A stretch of 64,000 bases of DNA. Source: an uncultured bacterium (lineage in GTDB: Bacteria; Hinthialibacterota; Hinthialibacteria; Hinthialibacterales; Hinthialibacteraceae). This document shows positions 1 through 9,356 of the stretch, piece by piece; positions within the stretch are counted from its first letter, which is position 1; the number at the start of each line of letters is the position of its first letter. The stretch lies in contig CAYQOX010000001.1 in the NCBI GenBank assembly GCA_964419335.1, positions 200,654 through 264,653 of the forward strand, written 5' to 3'. The position numbers and the translations under genes were made by a program. Under the pieces are notes generated by a model. The model ran no database searches and was not told the origin of the DNA. It worked only from the letters and a program-made list of their open reading frames with translations.

Positions 1-281
1 TTTTATAAAAGAGAATCTTTAATAATGTTGGTTCTGGAATTTTATTGTTGGTCGGTGAAGATGTTAATTAAGTTCCTTGTTAGAGGTGTATTGTAAAGAT
101 ATGGTAAGCGGATAGAATACAAAAGCCAAGCATTATCCGTGGCTGAAAGTTGCTTGTATGTTTTTCCACGCTGGATCTCATGGTATATTATAGTAACAAA
201 TCATTACCTATCTTGGTTGTTTGTTCAATTACAACGGATGTAAGTTTTTATGAAAGTCGCATCAAACAGGATAAAAATAAA

Positions 282-965
282 ATGACAAATACGAAAAAAG
301 AGAATCATTCTTCAGTTCTTCGCGTCTTCCAAACCAAAGAAGAAACCAAGGCGTTTTATAACAAAATAGCGAGTGTTTATGATATGCTTTCTGAATATGC
401 CGAACGCCCCATTCGTGAAAAAGGTTTGGAGTTATTGGCTACGACTCCGGGGGAACATATCCTCGAAATTGGTTTTGGTACCGGCCATTGTTTGGTTGAG
501 ATCACAAAGGCTGTTGGCCAGGAAGGGAAGGCCTATGGCATTGATCTCGCCGATAAAATGGTGGAACAGACCCGAGCCTTATTGCAAAAAGAAGGCTTGT
601 TGGACTGGGTAGAATTGTATTATGGCGATGCCATCGATCTTCCCTGGGAAAATGATTCTATGCATGGCGTCTTTATGAGTTTTACGTTAGAATTATTTGA
701 TACCCCTGAAATCCCTAAAGTGTTGGAAGAATGTAAACGCGTTCTGATACCCGGTGGGAGAATCGTGGTGGTGGGGATTTCGAAAAAAGGAAAACAGGGA
801 GTCGTGATTAAAGCCTTTGAATGGACTCATCGTCATTTTCCTAATCTGATGGATTGTCGCCCGATTTTTGTCCAAAAGTCCTTAGAGGAAGCCGGTTTTC
901 AGATTGAGGCAACCTTACATGAGCACATGTGGGTGCCGGTAGAGATCGTGCGTGCCACGATATAA
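282..965 (+). CDS. Class I SAM-dependent methyltransferase (Methyltransf_11/UbiE-like)
   Basis: ORF 150..965 trimmed to internal ATG at 282 (MTNTKKEN...). Glycine-rich SAM motif LEIGFGTGHCLVEI, then acidic residue and GGRIVVVG motif typical of Rossmann methyltransferases. Confidence 0.7.
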   Translation: MTNTKKENHSSVLRVFQTKEETKAFYNKIASVYDMLSEYAERPIREKGLELLATTPGEHILEIGFGTGHCLVEITKAVGQEGKAYGIDLADKMVEQTRALLQKEGLLDWVELYYGDAIDLPWENDSMHGVFMSFTLELFDTPEIPKVLEECKRVLIPGGRIVVVGISKKGKQGVVIKAFEWTHRHFPNLMDCRPIFVQKSLEEAGFQIEATLHEHMWVPVEIVRATI

Positions 966-1115
966 CAATTGTTATGTGAATGTACAACAAATGAAGAAAC
1001 AATGAGGGAGAAATAATGAGTCTCTATGGTGCGGTTTTCTTGTTTCTTTGCATTGAAATATGGTAAGCTAAAGTCAAATAGACGGGAACCGTGGAATAAA
1101 AGAAAGGATTTTTTG

Positions 1116-2234
1116 ATGAATACGCAAAAAGTGAATGTGGCCATTATTGGACTCGGGTTTGGCGCAGAGTTTATCCCTATTTACCAAAAACATCCGAATG
1201 CCGAAATGTATGCAATATGCCGCCGAAATGAAAGTGAATTAAATAAAATCGGCGATATGTTTGGTATCGATAAACGCTACATGAATTATGAGGATGTGCT
1301 TAAAGATCCAGCCGTCGATTTTGTCCATATCAATTCACCCATCCCGGATCACGGTTGGATGTCTATCGAGGCGCTCAAAGCAGGAAAACATGTAATGTGT
1401 ACGGTACCTATGGCCACCACTGTCAAAGAATGTGAGCAAATTATCTCGCTGGTGAAAGAAACTGGGTTGAAATATATGATGGCCGAAACGGTGGTTTACA
1501 GCCGAGAGTTTCTTTTTATCAAAGATTTATATGAAAAGGGAGAATTGGGGAAAATTCAATACATGCAAGCCTCTCACCCACAGGATATGGAAGGCTGGCC
1601 TGAGTATTGGGAACGCATGATCCCCATGCACTATGCCACCCATGTTGTCTCTCCTGTGCTTGGTTTGGTCAATGGCCGCGCCGAGTATGTCTCATGCTTC
1701 GGTTCAGGTACCATCGATGAGCGCATCGCGAAAAAATCGGGCAATCGTTTTGCGGTGGAATCATGTCATATTAAAATCAAAGATACAGATCTTGCGGCTC
1801 ACATTTGGCGTTTTCTATTCGATACCGCCCGACAATATCGCGAGTCGTTCGATGTGTATGGCTCAAAGAAAAGTTTTGAATGGTCACTCATTGAGGGCGA
1901 GGAACACGTGATCCATACGGCCAAAAAACCTGAACCAGAAATTCCTGAACGAGTTCAAGTTCCTGATTTTGCCCATAGGCTTCCTGAAGAGATCCGTCCG
2001 TTCACCACCACGATCCAGGATGCGGATCATTTATCGTTCATCCAGGGCGGCGGCCACGGCGGCTCTCATCCTCACCTAGTTCATGAGTTTGTTTCATCGC
2101 TTATTCAAGATCGTGAGCCATGGCCGAATGCTGTTATTAGCGCGAATTGGACATGTGTGGGACTTCTTGCTCATGAATCTGCCATCCAAGGAGGAGAAAT
2201 TGTATCCCTGCCAGATTTTACTATGGTGGATTGA
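1116..2234 (+). CDS. Gfo/Idh/MocA family NAD(P)-dependent oxidoreductase (cytoplasmic paralog)
   Basis: ORF 1026..2234 trimmed to ATG 1116 (MNTQKVNVAIIGLGFGAEFIPIYQKHP). N-terminal Rossmann dinucleotide motif and EKP-type central region typical of the family. No signal peptide. Confidence 0.75.
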   Translation: MNTQKVNVAIIGLGFGAEFIPIYQKHPNAEMYAICRRNESELNKIGDMFGIDKRYMNYEDVLKDPAVDFVHINSPIPDHGWMSIEALKAGKHVMCTVPMATTVKECEQIISLVKETGLKYMMAETVVYSREFLFIKDLYEKGELGKIQYMQASHPQDMEGWPEYWERMIPMHYATHVVSPVLGLVNGRAEYVSCFGSGTIDERIAKKSGNRFAVESCHIKIKDTDLAAHIWRFLFDTARQYRESFDVYGSKKSFEWSLIEGEEHVIHTAKKPEPEIPERVQVPDFAHRLPEEIRPFTTTIQDADHLSFIQGGGHGGSHPHLVHEFVSSLIQDREPWPNAVISANWTCVGLLAHESAIQGGEIVSLPDFTMVD

Positions 2235-2481
2235 AATAAGAGATTCATTTTTTACAGCTGCAAGAAGAAGGTGACTAGGGGGAATTAGGAATCATCGAGT
2301 TGATCCAGGGTAAAGAAACGAGAACTGGCGACATATTTTTTTTCCCCTCGCCGGGTAATGGTGAACCACACCATGAATTTTTTAAATCCCTCGGCGAAGG
2401 GACCAAACCGGCCTACAGTAATCATAAAAAACCGAAGTGCGATGAGTTTTGTCGTCGTCATACGCATAAGAAATTCGCTCC

Positions 2482-3459
2482 TTAAGATTCTTTTAACAAT
2501 TTCAAATCGGCTTCGACCATCATTTGAACCAAGCCTTCGAAGCCAATCGTGGGTTCCCAGCCTAATTGATTTTTGGCTTTGCTATAATCGCCGCAGAGAA
2601 GGTTGACTTCGGAAGGACGTATGAGTTTTTCGTCGATTTCAACGTGGTTTTCCCAATTCAAGCCCACATGATCGAAGGCCAGTTGGATGAATTCCTTAAC
2701 GGAATGAGTTTCGCCCGTGGCAATCACATAATCATCAGGGGGCTCTTGCTGCAGCATGAGCCACATGGCTTTCACATATTCTCCGGCAAAGCCCCAATCG
2801 CGTTTGGCTTCTAAGTTACCCAAAGGAAGTTTCTCTTGCTTACCCAGTTTAATGCGGGCTACGCTGCTGGTGATTTTCCGGGTAACAAACTCAAAACCAC
2901 GCCGTGGACTTTCATGGTTGAAAAGAATTCCAGAAGAAGCATAAATTCCATAAGCTTCACGATAATTGCGGGTAAGGTCGAAGCCGGCTACTTTGGAAAT
3001 CCCGTAAGCCGAGCGGGGATGAAACGGAGTTTCTTCATTTTGTGGAGAATGTTTCACCTTGCCGAACATTTCGCTGGAACCTGCGAAGTAAAAACGGCAT
3101 GCCGGTGTGGTTTCTTTTACTGAAGATAAGACATGATGGGTTCCATTAATATTGGTGTTGATCGTAGAAAATTCATCCTCAAAGGAATAACTGACGAAGC
3201 TTTGGGCCGCGAGATGATAGCATTCATCCGGTTGTATCGTCTGTAGAAGTTTAAAAATGCTGGCGTAACTTTCCAAAGAAGCGCCGTGGAGATGAATCTT
3301 ATCCTGAATATGGCGCAAACGCCATAACCGTCGTTCAGGGTCTTCGAAGGCGACACGGCGTACCAAGCCGTGAACTTCATAGCCTTTGTCGAGCAACAGT
3401 TCCGCCAAGTAAGAACCGTCTTGTCCTGTAATACCGGTAATTAGTGCTTTTTTCTTCAC
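2482..3459 (-). CDS. gmd: GDP-mannose 4,6-dehydratase
   Basis: KKALITGITGQDGSYLAELLL N-terminus and ILFNHESPRRG..FVTRKIT, DWG(F/H)A and YVIATGE blocks match the GMD family. 325 aa. Confidence 0.85.
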   Translation of the reverse strand: MKKKALITGITGQDGSYLAELLLDKGYEVHGLVRRVAFEDPERRLWRLRHIQDKIHLHGASLESYASIFKLLQTIQPDECYHLAAQSFVSYSFEDEFSTINTNINGTHHVLSSVKETTPACRFYFAGSSEMFGKVKHSPQNEETPFHPRSAYGISKVAGFDLTRNYREAYGIYASSGILFNHESPRRGFEFVTRKITSSVARIKLGKQEKLPLGNLEAKRDWGFAGEYVKAMWLMLQQEPPDDYVIATGETHSVKEFIQLAFDHVGLNWENHVEIDEKLIRPSEVNLLCGDYSKAKNQLGWEPTIGFEGLVQMMVEADLKLLKES

Positions 3460-3491
3460 GTTGAAGTTTGTCCGTTTCTGTTGATGTTTTA

Positions 3492-4661
3492 TTATGATCG
3501 TATTTCTTGGATTTGTTCGTTGACGACCTCGCCATTATAAGTCACTAGAGTCCCTTGGGTGATTTCATCTTCTGTGTCTATTTTTATTTGTCCCTCTTGG
3601 ATTAGATGTTTGAGAAAGGTGGTGATGTTTTTGCCATACATGCGGCTGGCATGATAGGGGATGGTAGAGGCGAGATTTTCCGGCCCCATGATGATGACCC
3701 CGTTTTCATTCACCGTTTCTCCTAATTGGGTCAATTCACAATTCCCACCACGTTCGGCGGCTAAATCAAGGATCACCGAACCTGGAGCCATTTCGGCAAC
3801 CATTTCTTTCGTGATGAGGATCGGGGCTTTTTTCCCGGGGATGGCGGCGGTAGTGATTACGACATCGATCTCCTTCATGATGCGGGACATCATTTCACGC
3901 TGTTTGCGGTAAAACTCTTCATCAAGTTCCTTAGCATAGCCGCCCTTGTCTTCGGTTTCTTGGGGGTCCAGTTCTAATTCTACAAATTTTCCCCCAACGC
4001 TTTCTACTTGTTCTTTCACAGCTGGCCGAACATCATAGGCCTGAACCACAGCCCCTAACCGCTTTGAGGTCGCGATTGCTTGTAATCCCGCAACCCCGGC
4101 GCCAATGACAAATACTTTGGCGGGAGCAATGGTACCCGCGGCAGTCATCATCATCGGAAACATTTTATGCAGGGCATTCGCCGCGAGCAGCACAGCTTTA
4201 TATCCCGCAATGGTGGCCATGGAAGAAAGCGTGTCCATACTTTGTGCTCGAGTGATTCGGGGCATTAATTCCATAGCAAAGGCAGTAACACCTTTTTCGG
4301 CGAGTTTTTTCGACGGATCGGGATTATTCAAAGGATCTAAATGCCCTATGATGATTTGATCCTTCCATATAAATTCCAGATCCTTTTCTCCTTCGTGCGG
4401 GTTCGCTCCTAAACCTCGCACTTGGAGAATAACATTACAGTTCTTAAATAATTTTTCCCGAGTGGAAACGATTTTAGTTTGATGTTTTTCGTATTCAGAA
4501 TTGGGAAAACCGGCTTTCTCTCCTGCGCCGGATTCAATCCAAACTTCAACTCCCTCTTTTTGGAAGGTATTCACATTTTCGGGGGTCAGAGCGACCCGAT
4601 TCTCACCTGGAAATGTCTCAATCGGAACTCCTATGCGAATGGGGTTATCTTGATTATTCAT
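3492..4661 (-). CDS. pntAA: NAD(P) transhydrogenase alpha subunit part 1 (dI domain, PntAA-like)
   Basis: IRIGVPIETFPGENRVALTPENV, RAQSMDTLSSMATIAGYKAV, FVIGAGVAGLQAIATSKRLGAVV and GGYAKELDEEF match the PntA dI signature rather than alanine dehydrogenase. No pntAB/pntB adjacent. Confidence 0.7.
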   Translation of the reverse strand: MNNQDNPIRIGVPIETFPGENRVALTPENVNTFQKEGVEVWIESGAGEKAGFPNSEYEKHQTKIVSTREKLFKNCNVILQVRGLGANPHEGEKDLEFIWKDQIIIGHLDPLNNPDPSKKLAEKGVTAFAMELMPRITRAQSMDTLSSMATIAGYKAVLLAANALHKMFPMMMTAAGTIAPAKVFVIGAGVAGLQAIATSKRLGAVVQAYDVRPAVKEQVESVGGKFVELELDPQETEDKGGYAKELDEEFYRKQREMMSRIMKEIDVVITTAAIPGKKAPILITKEMVAEMAPGSVILDLAAERGGNCELTQLGETVNENGVIIMGPENLASTIPYHASRMYGKNITTFLKHLIQEGQIKIDTEDEITQGTLVTYNGEVVNEQIQEIRS

Positions 4662-4825
4662 TATTTATTACCTCCCCAGGTGAAGATCTGTTAAGCCACG
4701 TTTGGCGGTTTATTGTGATAAGTTCGTTAAGATGTAGTATAAATGAATGTGTTTTCAAGATTCTAATGATAATTAAAAGGCTTTTCAACGACCAGAGCGG
4801 GTTAGATTGTATTTTGCCCTACATC

Positions 4826-4853
4826 ATAAAAAAGCAGGTGGGGCACACCTGCT
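4826..4853 (-). terminator. Rho-independent terminator downstream of the pterin dehydratase gene
   Basis: Perfect 8-bp stem AGCAGGTG/CACCTGCT (4833-4840 / 4846-4853) with 5-nt loop. On the minus-strand transcript the hairpin is followed by UUUUUU (plus-strand A-run 4828-4833). Confidence 0.45.
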
Positions 4854-4889
4854 CATAAACAAGTAAGAAAGGGGGGAGAGGCCAAGTTT

Positions 4890-5213
4890 TTAGAGATCGT
4901 CTAATTTGGCTGCCAACACAAAATCACTTTCGGTTAAGCCGTTGATTTTGTGCGTCCAAATCGTGACGTCAACAAGATTATAGTGTACGCAAAAGTCAGG
5001 GTGATGGCCTTCTTGTTCAGCGACATCGGCCATGTTGTTAACGAACTGTATCGCCTCTACGAAATTCTTAAACTTGAATCGCTTATGAATCTTATCGTCG
5101 CTTTCGTTCCACCCCTCGACTTGCTGTAAATACTTTTGGATGGATTCCTTGTCCAATTTGGGCACTCCGCCCGAGCAGGGCACGCATTTTTTTTCTTTTA
5201 ATTCCGTCGTCAT
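4890..5213 (-). CDS. 4a-hydroxytetrahydrobiopterin (pterin-4a-carbinolamine) dehydratase
   Basis: 107 aa with the EGHHPD..W motif characteristic of PCD/DCoH. Confidence 0.8.
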   Translation of the reverse strand: MTTELKEKKCVPCSGGVPKLDKESIQKYLQQVEGWNESDDKIHKRFKFKNFVEAIQFVNNMADVAEQEGHHPDFCVHYNLVDVTIWTHKINGLTESDFVLAAKLDDL

Positions 5214-5524
5214 TTTTTTATCACTCCCTCAAGATTTGAACTTTTTCTTCTCTTATAATGATACATGCTCCTAGGGAAGAAGAAAAATCATAAGAGGGGG
5301 AGAGTGGAATCATCGAAAAGAAGGAGACGAGCTATAAGTCTCATTATTAGGTTATGGGAAGGCATAAAAGCATTTTTCCAAGGCTGCAATGCGATCGGAC
5401 TTCACAGGTTTCGCATCAATTTATTATTGGAAGAATAGCGGTATTCTATTCCCTTACTTCATTATCCCTGAATTCATGGAAATCTGATTTCTAAAACGAA
5501 ATGGGTTGATTCTTGTTGTAAGGC

Positions 5525-5941
5525 TTAATATCGGGGGATGCTGGGATCGATTTCGAGAGACCAAGCATCAATGCCGCCAGCCAGATTTTTCGTATTTTGG
5601 TAGCCCAGTCCCCACAGTTGGTGCATCACCATTTCACTACGCATTCCATGGTGGCAGAACACAATGATTTCGGTGTTGGGATCCTCGCTGATTTCATGAT
5701 AACGCTGGTGGATTTCATGCATGGGGATAGGCTTCGCACCGTCGATCTTAGCGATTGCTTTTTCCTCATCCCTGCGTACATCAAGTAGGATGACGGGTTG
5801 GTTGTTGTCTAGTTTCTCTTTGACTTCGCCTGGAGAAACTTGCGTTTGTGTTTTAGGTTGAGGATCAGGTTCTTTTAATGTGGAAGCGGGTTGTTTTGTT
5901 TCGTCTCCATTTTTTACGAAAAAATTTTTAAGCCACTTCAT
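5525..5941 (-). CDS. Rhodanese-like domain sulfurtransferase with low-complexity N-terminal extension
   Basis: VILLDVRRDEE...IVFCHHGMRS..AGGIDAW is a classical single rhodanese domain with active-site Cys in the CHHGMRS loop. Confidence 0.75.
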   Translation of the reverse strand: MKWLKNFFVKNGDETKQPASTLKEPDPQPKTQTQVSPGEVKEKLDNNQPVILLDVRRDEEKAIAKIDGAKPIPMHEIHQRYHEISEDPNTEIIVFCHHGMRSEMVMHQLWGLGYQNTKNLAGGIDAWSLEIDPSIPRY

Positions 5942-6153
5942 CGATATTATTTAACCTCCAAGGAATGTTTTTGGATACTGTAATTAGATGTGCGATGAAG
6001 AAAATGGGATGGAGGAGAAATATCATATTTTCAACTTTTGTCTCGACATTAAAACGGAATGAAGCCTTTATTTCGCTTGCTGTTTGCAGAAAAATATGAA
6101 CAATAGAGAAGAAATGTATTAAACTGAAATAACTATAGGAAAGAGAAAGGATC

Positions 6154-7428
6154 ATGGTTGACGATATGAATCAAGTTTCTCGCCGTCAATTTGTAAAAAA
6201 GAGTGCGCTTGCCTCTGCAGCCGTTACATCGTTTCATGTATTGAACACAAATCAAGCAAGCGCGGCTAAAGAAATCACCGTGGGACTCATTGGATGTGGT
6301 GGACGTGGAAAAAGCGCCATCCGTGAATGCTTGCGTGCCGCTGAAGGGGTGAAAATTACCGCGGTGGCTGATTTATTTGCGGATCGTGTCGCTCAAGCAA
6401 GAAGCATCTTGGAGGACATGGAGAGTCCTGTGCCTGATAGCCGCAGTTTTACCGGCTGGGATGGGTATAAGAAAGTAATCGACACCGATGTGGATTATGT
6501 GATTCTCGATACCCCACCTGTGTTTCGCCCCATGATGCTGGAAGCCGCGGTCGAAGCCGGTAAGCATGTATTTATGGAAAAACCGGCAGCAGTCGATGCC
6601 CCTGGGATTCGGCGCATCATCAAGGCCGGTGAAGAAGCCAAGGCCAAAGGCCTTTCCATTGCCGCAGGAACCCAGCGCCGCCATCAGGGCGATTATATCG
6701 AAACCATCAAGCGTATTCAGGATGGAGCCATCGGAGAGATTACATGTGCGCGTGCTTTCTGGTGCGGTGGACCGATCGGCTATCGTAAGCGTCAGCCGGA
6801 TTGGTCTGATGTAGAATATCAGATTCGCAACTGGTATCACTTCTTATGGCTATCGGGCGATCATATTGTAGAACAGCATGTGCATAATCTGGATGTCATG
6901 AACTGGATTATGGATGCGCATCCCGTAAAAGCTTTTGCCATCGGTGGACGCGCCTGGCAAGAAAAAGGCAATATATGGGATCATCACGCCGTCGATTTCG
7001 TTTACGAGAATGGCATTCATATGACCAGCATGTGTAGACAAAGCCCGGGTGAAACCAACCGTGTGCAAGAAGAAATTCAAGGAACCAAAGGATTCTCCAA
7101 TTGCCAAAATTACATCGGCGGAGAAAAGGAATGGAAATACAGCGGAGAGTATCAGAATCCTTATATCCAAGAGCATACAGACCTCATCAACAGCATCCGC
7201 GAAGGTGAGCCTATTAATGAGGCTCGCAACGTGGCCATCAGTACGATGACGGGGATTATGGGGCGTATGGCTGGTTATAGCAATAAAGAACTTACCTGGG
7301 ATGAGGCGATCAATTCCGATGAATCGCTCATCATTGATCCTCTCTCCCTGCGCGATTATGAGCCCCGGCCGGTAGCGATTCCCGGCGGTGAGAAATTCAC
7401 GGGTGAAGAAGGTTGGCAACCGGGTTGA
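6154..7428 (+). CDS. Gfo/Idh/MocA family oxidoreductase with twin-arginine (Tat) signal peptide
   Basis: N-terminus MVDDMNQVSRRQFVKKSALASAAVTSFHV carries an SRRxFVK Tat motif followed by Rossmann GLIGCGGRG and family core. An AAAGGA ribosome-binding site lies 5 nt upstream of ATG 6154. Alternative start at 6166. Confidence 0.75.
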   Translation: MVDDMNQVSRRQFVKKSALASAAVTSFHVLNTNQASAAKEITVGLIGCGGRGKSAIRECLRAAEGVKITAVADLFADRVAQARSILEDMESPVPDSRSFTGWDGYKKVIDTDVDYVILDTPPVFRPMMLEAAVEAGKHVFMEKPAAVDAPGIRRIIKAGEEAKAKGLSIAAGTQRRHQGDYIETIKRIQDGAIGEITCARAFWCGGPIGYRKRQPDWSDVEYQIRNWYHFLWLSGDHIVEQHVHNLDVMNWIMDAHPVKAFAIGGRAWQEKGNIWDHHAVDFVYENGIHMTSMCRQSPGETNRVQEEIQGTKGFSNCQNYIGGEKEWKYSGEYQNPYIQEHTDLINSIREGEPINEARNVAISTMTGIMGRMAGYSNKELTWDEAINSDESLIIDPLSLRDYEPRPVAIPGGEKFTGEEGWQPG

Positions 7429-7515
7429 TGGTTTCGGTGAATAAAAGAAAGATCGAGCGAGAGGCGGAACGTGATTGGTTCCGCCTTCTTACTTTCTGAT
7501 TGAATATGGATAAAA

Positions 7516-8142
7516 ATGAAATCATCCAACGTCTTTATACTTGTTGTGGTCATCTGCTTATTCTTTGTGATTGGCGTCTATATTTTTATTAAGCGCGATT
7601 GGACTCCGATGCTGCTCGAAGACGCCGAATATAAAAAGATGCTTCGGTATTGGGAAGAGCAGGTGGAATACTTCGCTGAGTTTTGCAGTGAGGAAGAGCA
7701 TGTGGGATTATTATATGATCAAGCCTTGGATGTGCGCACAGTAACTTATACTCCCTTGCCTCAGGGACAAGCGGAACATCGTGTATTTTTGATCCAGTGG
7801 TCGCAACTGGCGATCCGCTTTGAAGATTGGCCACCGTTATTTATAAACCAAGATTTAGACTTCTACCTTACCTGTTCGACAGTAAAAGCCCCTGAAATCG
7901 AAGCCCGTAGGATTGTTTATTATTCCGTTCACGTCAATGCTGGCTTTCCTTCGGATCCTTTATCCAAACCTCCCTATGAATTACAGGTAAACGAAGAAGG
8001 GTTTTACCAAGGGGTTGGATATGAAAAACATTTTTACCACCCCAGCAATGGTTTGCGAAGTGAGGGGATCCTCTATCGTGACAGCTACCAAATCGGGTGG
8101 CGTAAATCACCTCCCTCTCCAGCAGGACGAACAAGCAAGTAG
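7516..8142 (+). CDS. Hypothetical membrane-anchored protein (single N-terminal TM helix)
   Basis: 208-aa ORF. Hydrophobic N-terminus SSNVFILVVVICLFFVIGVYIFI. No recognisable family. Confidence 0.5.
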   Translation: MKSSNVFILVVVICLFFVIGVYIFIKRDWTPMLLEDAEYKKMLRYWEEQVEYFAEFCSEEEHVGLLYDQALDVRTVTYTPLPQGQAEHRVFLIQWSQLAIRFEDWPPLFINQDLDFYLTCSTVKAPEIEARRIVYYSVHVNAGFPSDPLSKPPYELQVNEEGFYQGVGYEKHFYHPSNGLRSEGILYRDSYQIGWRKSPPSPAGRTSK

Positions 8143-8256
8143 AGAGTGCAGCCGTTTTTTTTTCGCGTCTGGTTTGTTCTCATGCTTTATGCTAACGTAT
8201 AGGCCGCTTAATATGATCATTATCCGTACGAAATCCCAATATAAACGAATGCAGCC

Positions 8257-9327
8257 ATGATGAATGAATTCATACTCTTTCCCTATTTTTATTTTGCCAA
8301 TGAAGTGTTGCTCCGCCATCAATTATTGTATGCCACCCGTGTTTTTCGGGTCCATCCTTCTGATCGTCCTCCCCGGGATAGTAAAGGAGTGAAACCGTTC
8401 ATAAAAAAAATGGAAGAGAACGCTTTTCTTGAAAATCTCGTTCTTCATGAGAAGGATGATTGGATTTCTCAGCGTTTTGTAACCACCCTAGAACGCGCTT
8501 ATCGTGAAAATTTGGATGAATACATCCAATGCATGGGAAAATACGGGAAAGAACGTGCTTCGACCAAAACTTTCCATCTTTGCCGCATTAAAACCTGGCC
8601 TGAATTGACCCAGTTCGCGATGGAATTGGGAACGGCGGTAAAGGATCATTACGATGAATGGTGCTTTGCCACCAGGCAAATGGTTTTAACATTGACCACG
8701 TGTCATGCGCTGCAGCGTCAACGTGAAAAACAACAACTGCGCTGTACCGATGCGCTGGAGTTCGATGAGCTTGCGGTATTGCTGGAAACTTTGCCCTCCG
8801 GTTTGCAATCGGACAAGAAAATCACCCGTGCCGTCTTGGAGTTCCCATATATGGTACCCAAGGGGCATGATACGGCAACCTTGGATGAGTTACAGTCCTG
8901 GCGCGAGGCTTTATTGCCCCGCATGGATCCATTCTGGGAAGCGCTCCTCGAGTGCGTACAAGAACTCAATCAACTCAAAGATTCTACTTCAATGTCCTCG
9001 AAGTTACAGTCATTTCACCAAATTTTGTCTTCACAGCAACAAGAGATTAAACAAATAATCAAGGACCAAGGGGACTCGAGTCAAACTTTTTATATGCACT
9101 ATCGTTGGTATCCTCCTCAAGAGAGTGTTTTGTCAAATAGAGGGATTAAGCCTTTAACGGTATGTAAAGATGTTGCTTTGGGAATAGAACCTCGGCGAGC
9201 AGGAGAAGGGGAAATCGATTCTTTATATGATTCTCCCGGTTGTCTTATTGCCGCTTTGGAACAGCCCGTCTACGAGCGAGGTTTTGGTCAAAAAATATCA
9301 CGTTTTTTTCAGAAATTTAGCCCATAA
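8257..9327 (+). CDS. Hypothetical protein
   Basis: 356-aa ORF, same strand and tightly spaced with flanking genes. No recognisable motifs. True start may be the internal MEENAFLENL. Confidence 0.45.
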   Translation: MMNEFILFPYFYFANEVLLRHQLLYATRVFRVHPSDRPPRDSKGVKPFIKKMEENAFLENLVLHEKDDWISQRFVTTLERAYRENLDEYIQCMGKYGKERASTKTFHLCRIKTWPELTQFAMELGTAVKDHYDEWCFATRQMVLTLTTCHALQRQREKQQLRCTDALEFDELAVLLETLPSGLQSDKKITRAVLEFPYMVPKGHDTATLDELQSWREALLPRMDPFWEALLECVQELNQLKDSTSMSSKLQSFHQILSSQQQEIKQIIKDQGDSSQTFYMHYRWYPPQESVLSNRGIKPLTVCKDVALGIEPRRAGEGEIDSLYDSPGCLIAALEQPVYERGFGQKISRFFQKFSP

Positions 9328-9356
9328 ATGGGGATATGATCATTGGAGGTTATTCT

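Noticed and set aside
2235-2481. Possible terminator between gfo (1116-2234) and gmd
   Set aside because: Only a weak GGCG/CGCC stem with a roughly 20-nt loop next to the T9 run at 2336-2344. Not convincing as an intrinsic terminator.
6373-7419. 155-aa and 189-aa minus-strand ORFs within the Tat-Gfo oxidoreductase gene
   Set aside because: Antisense shadow ORFs of a high-confidence plus-strand CDS.
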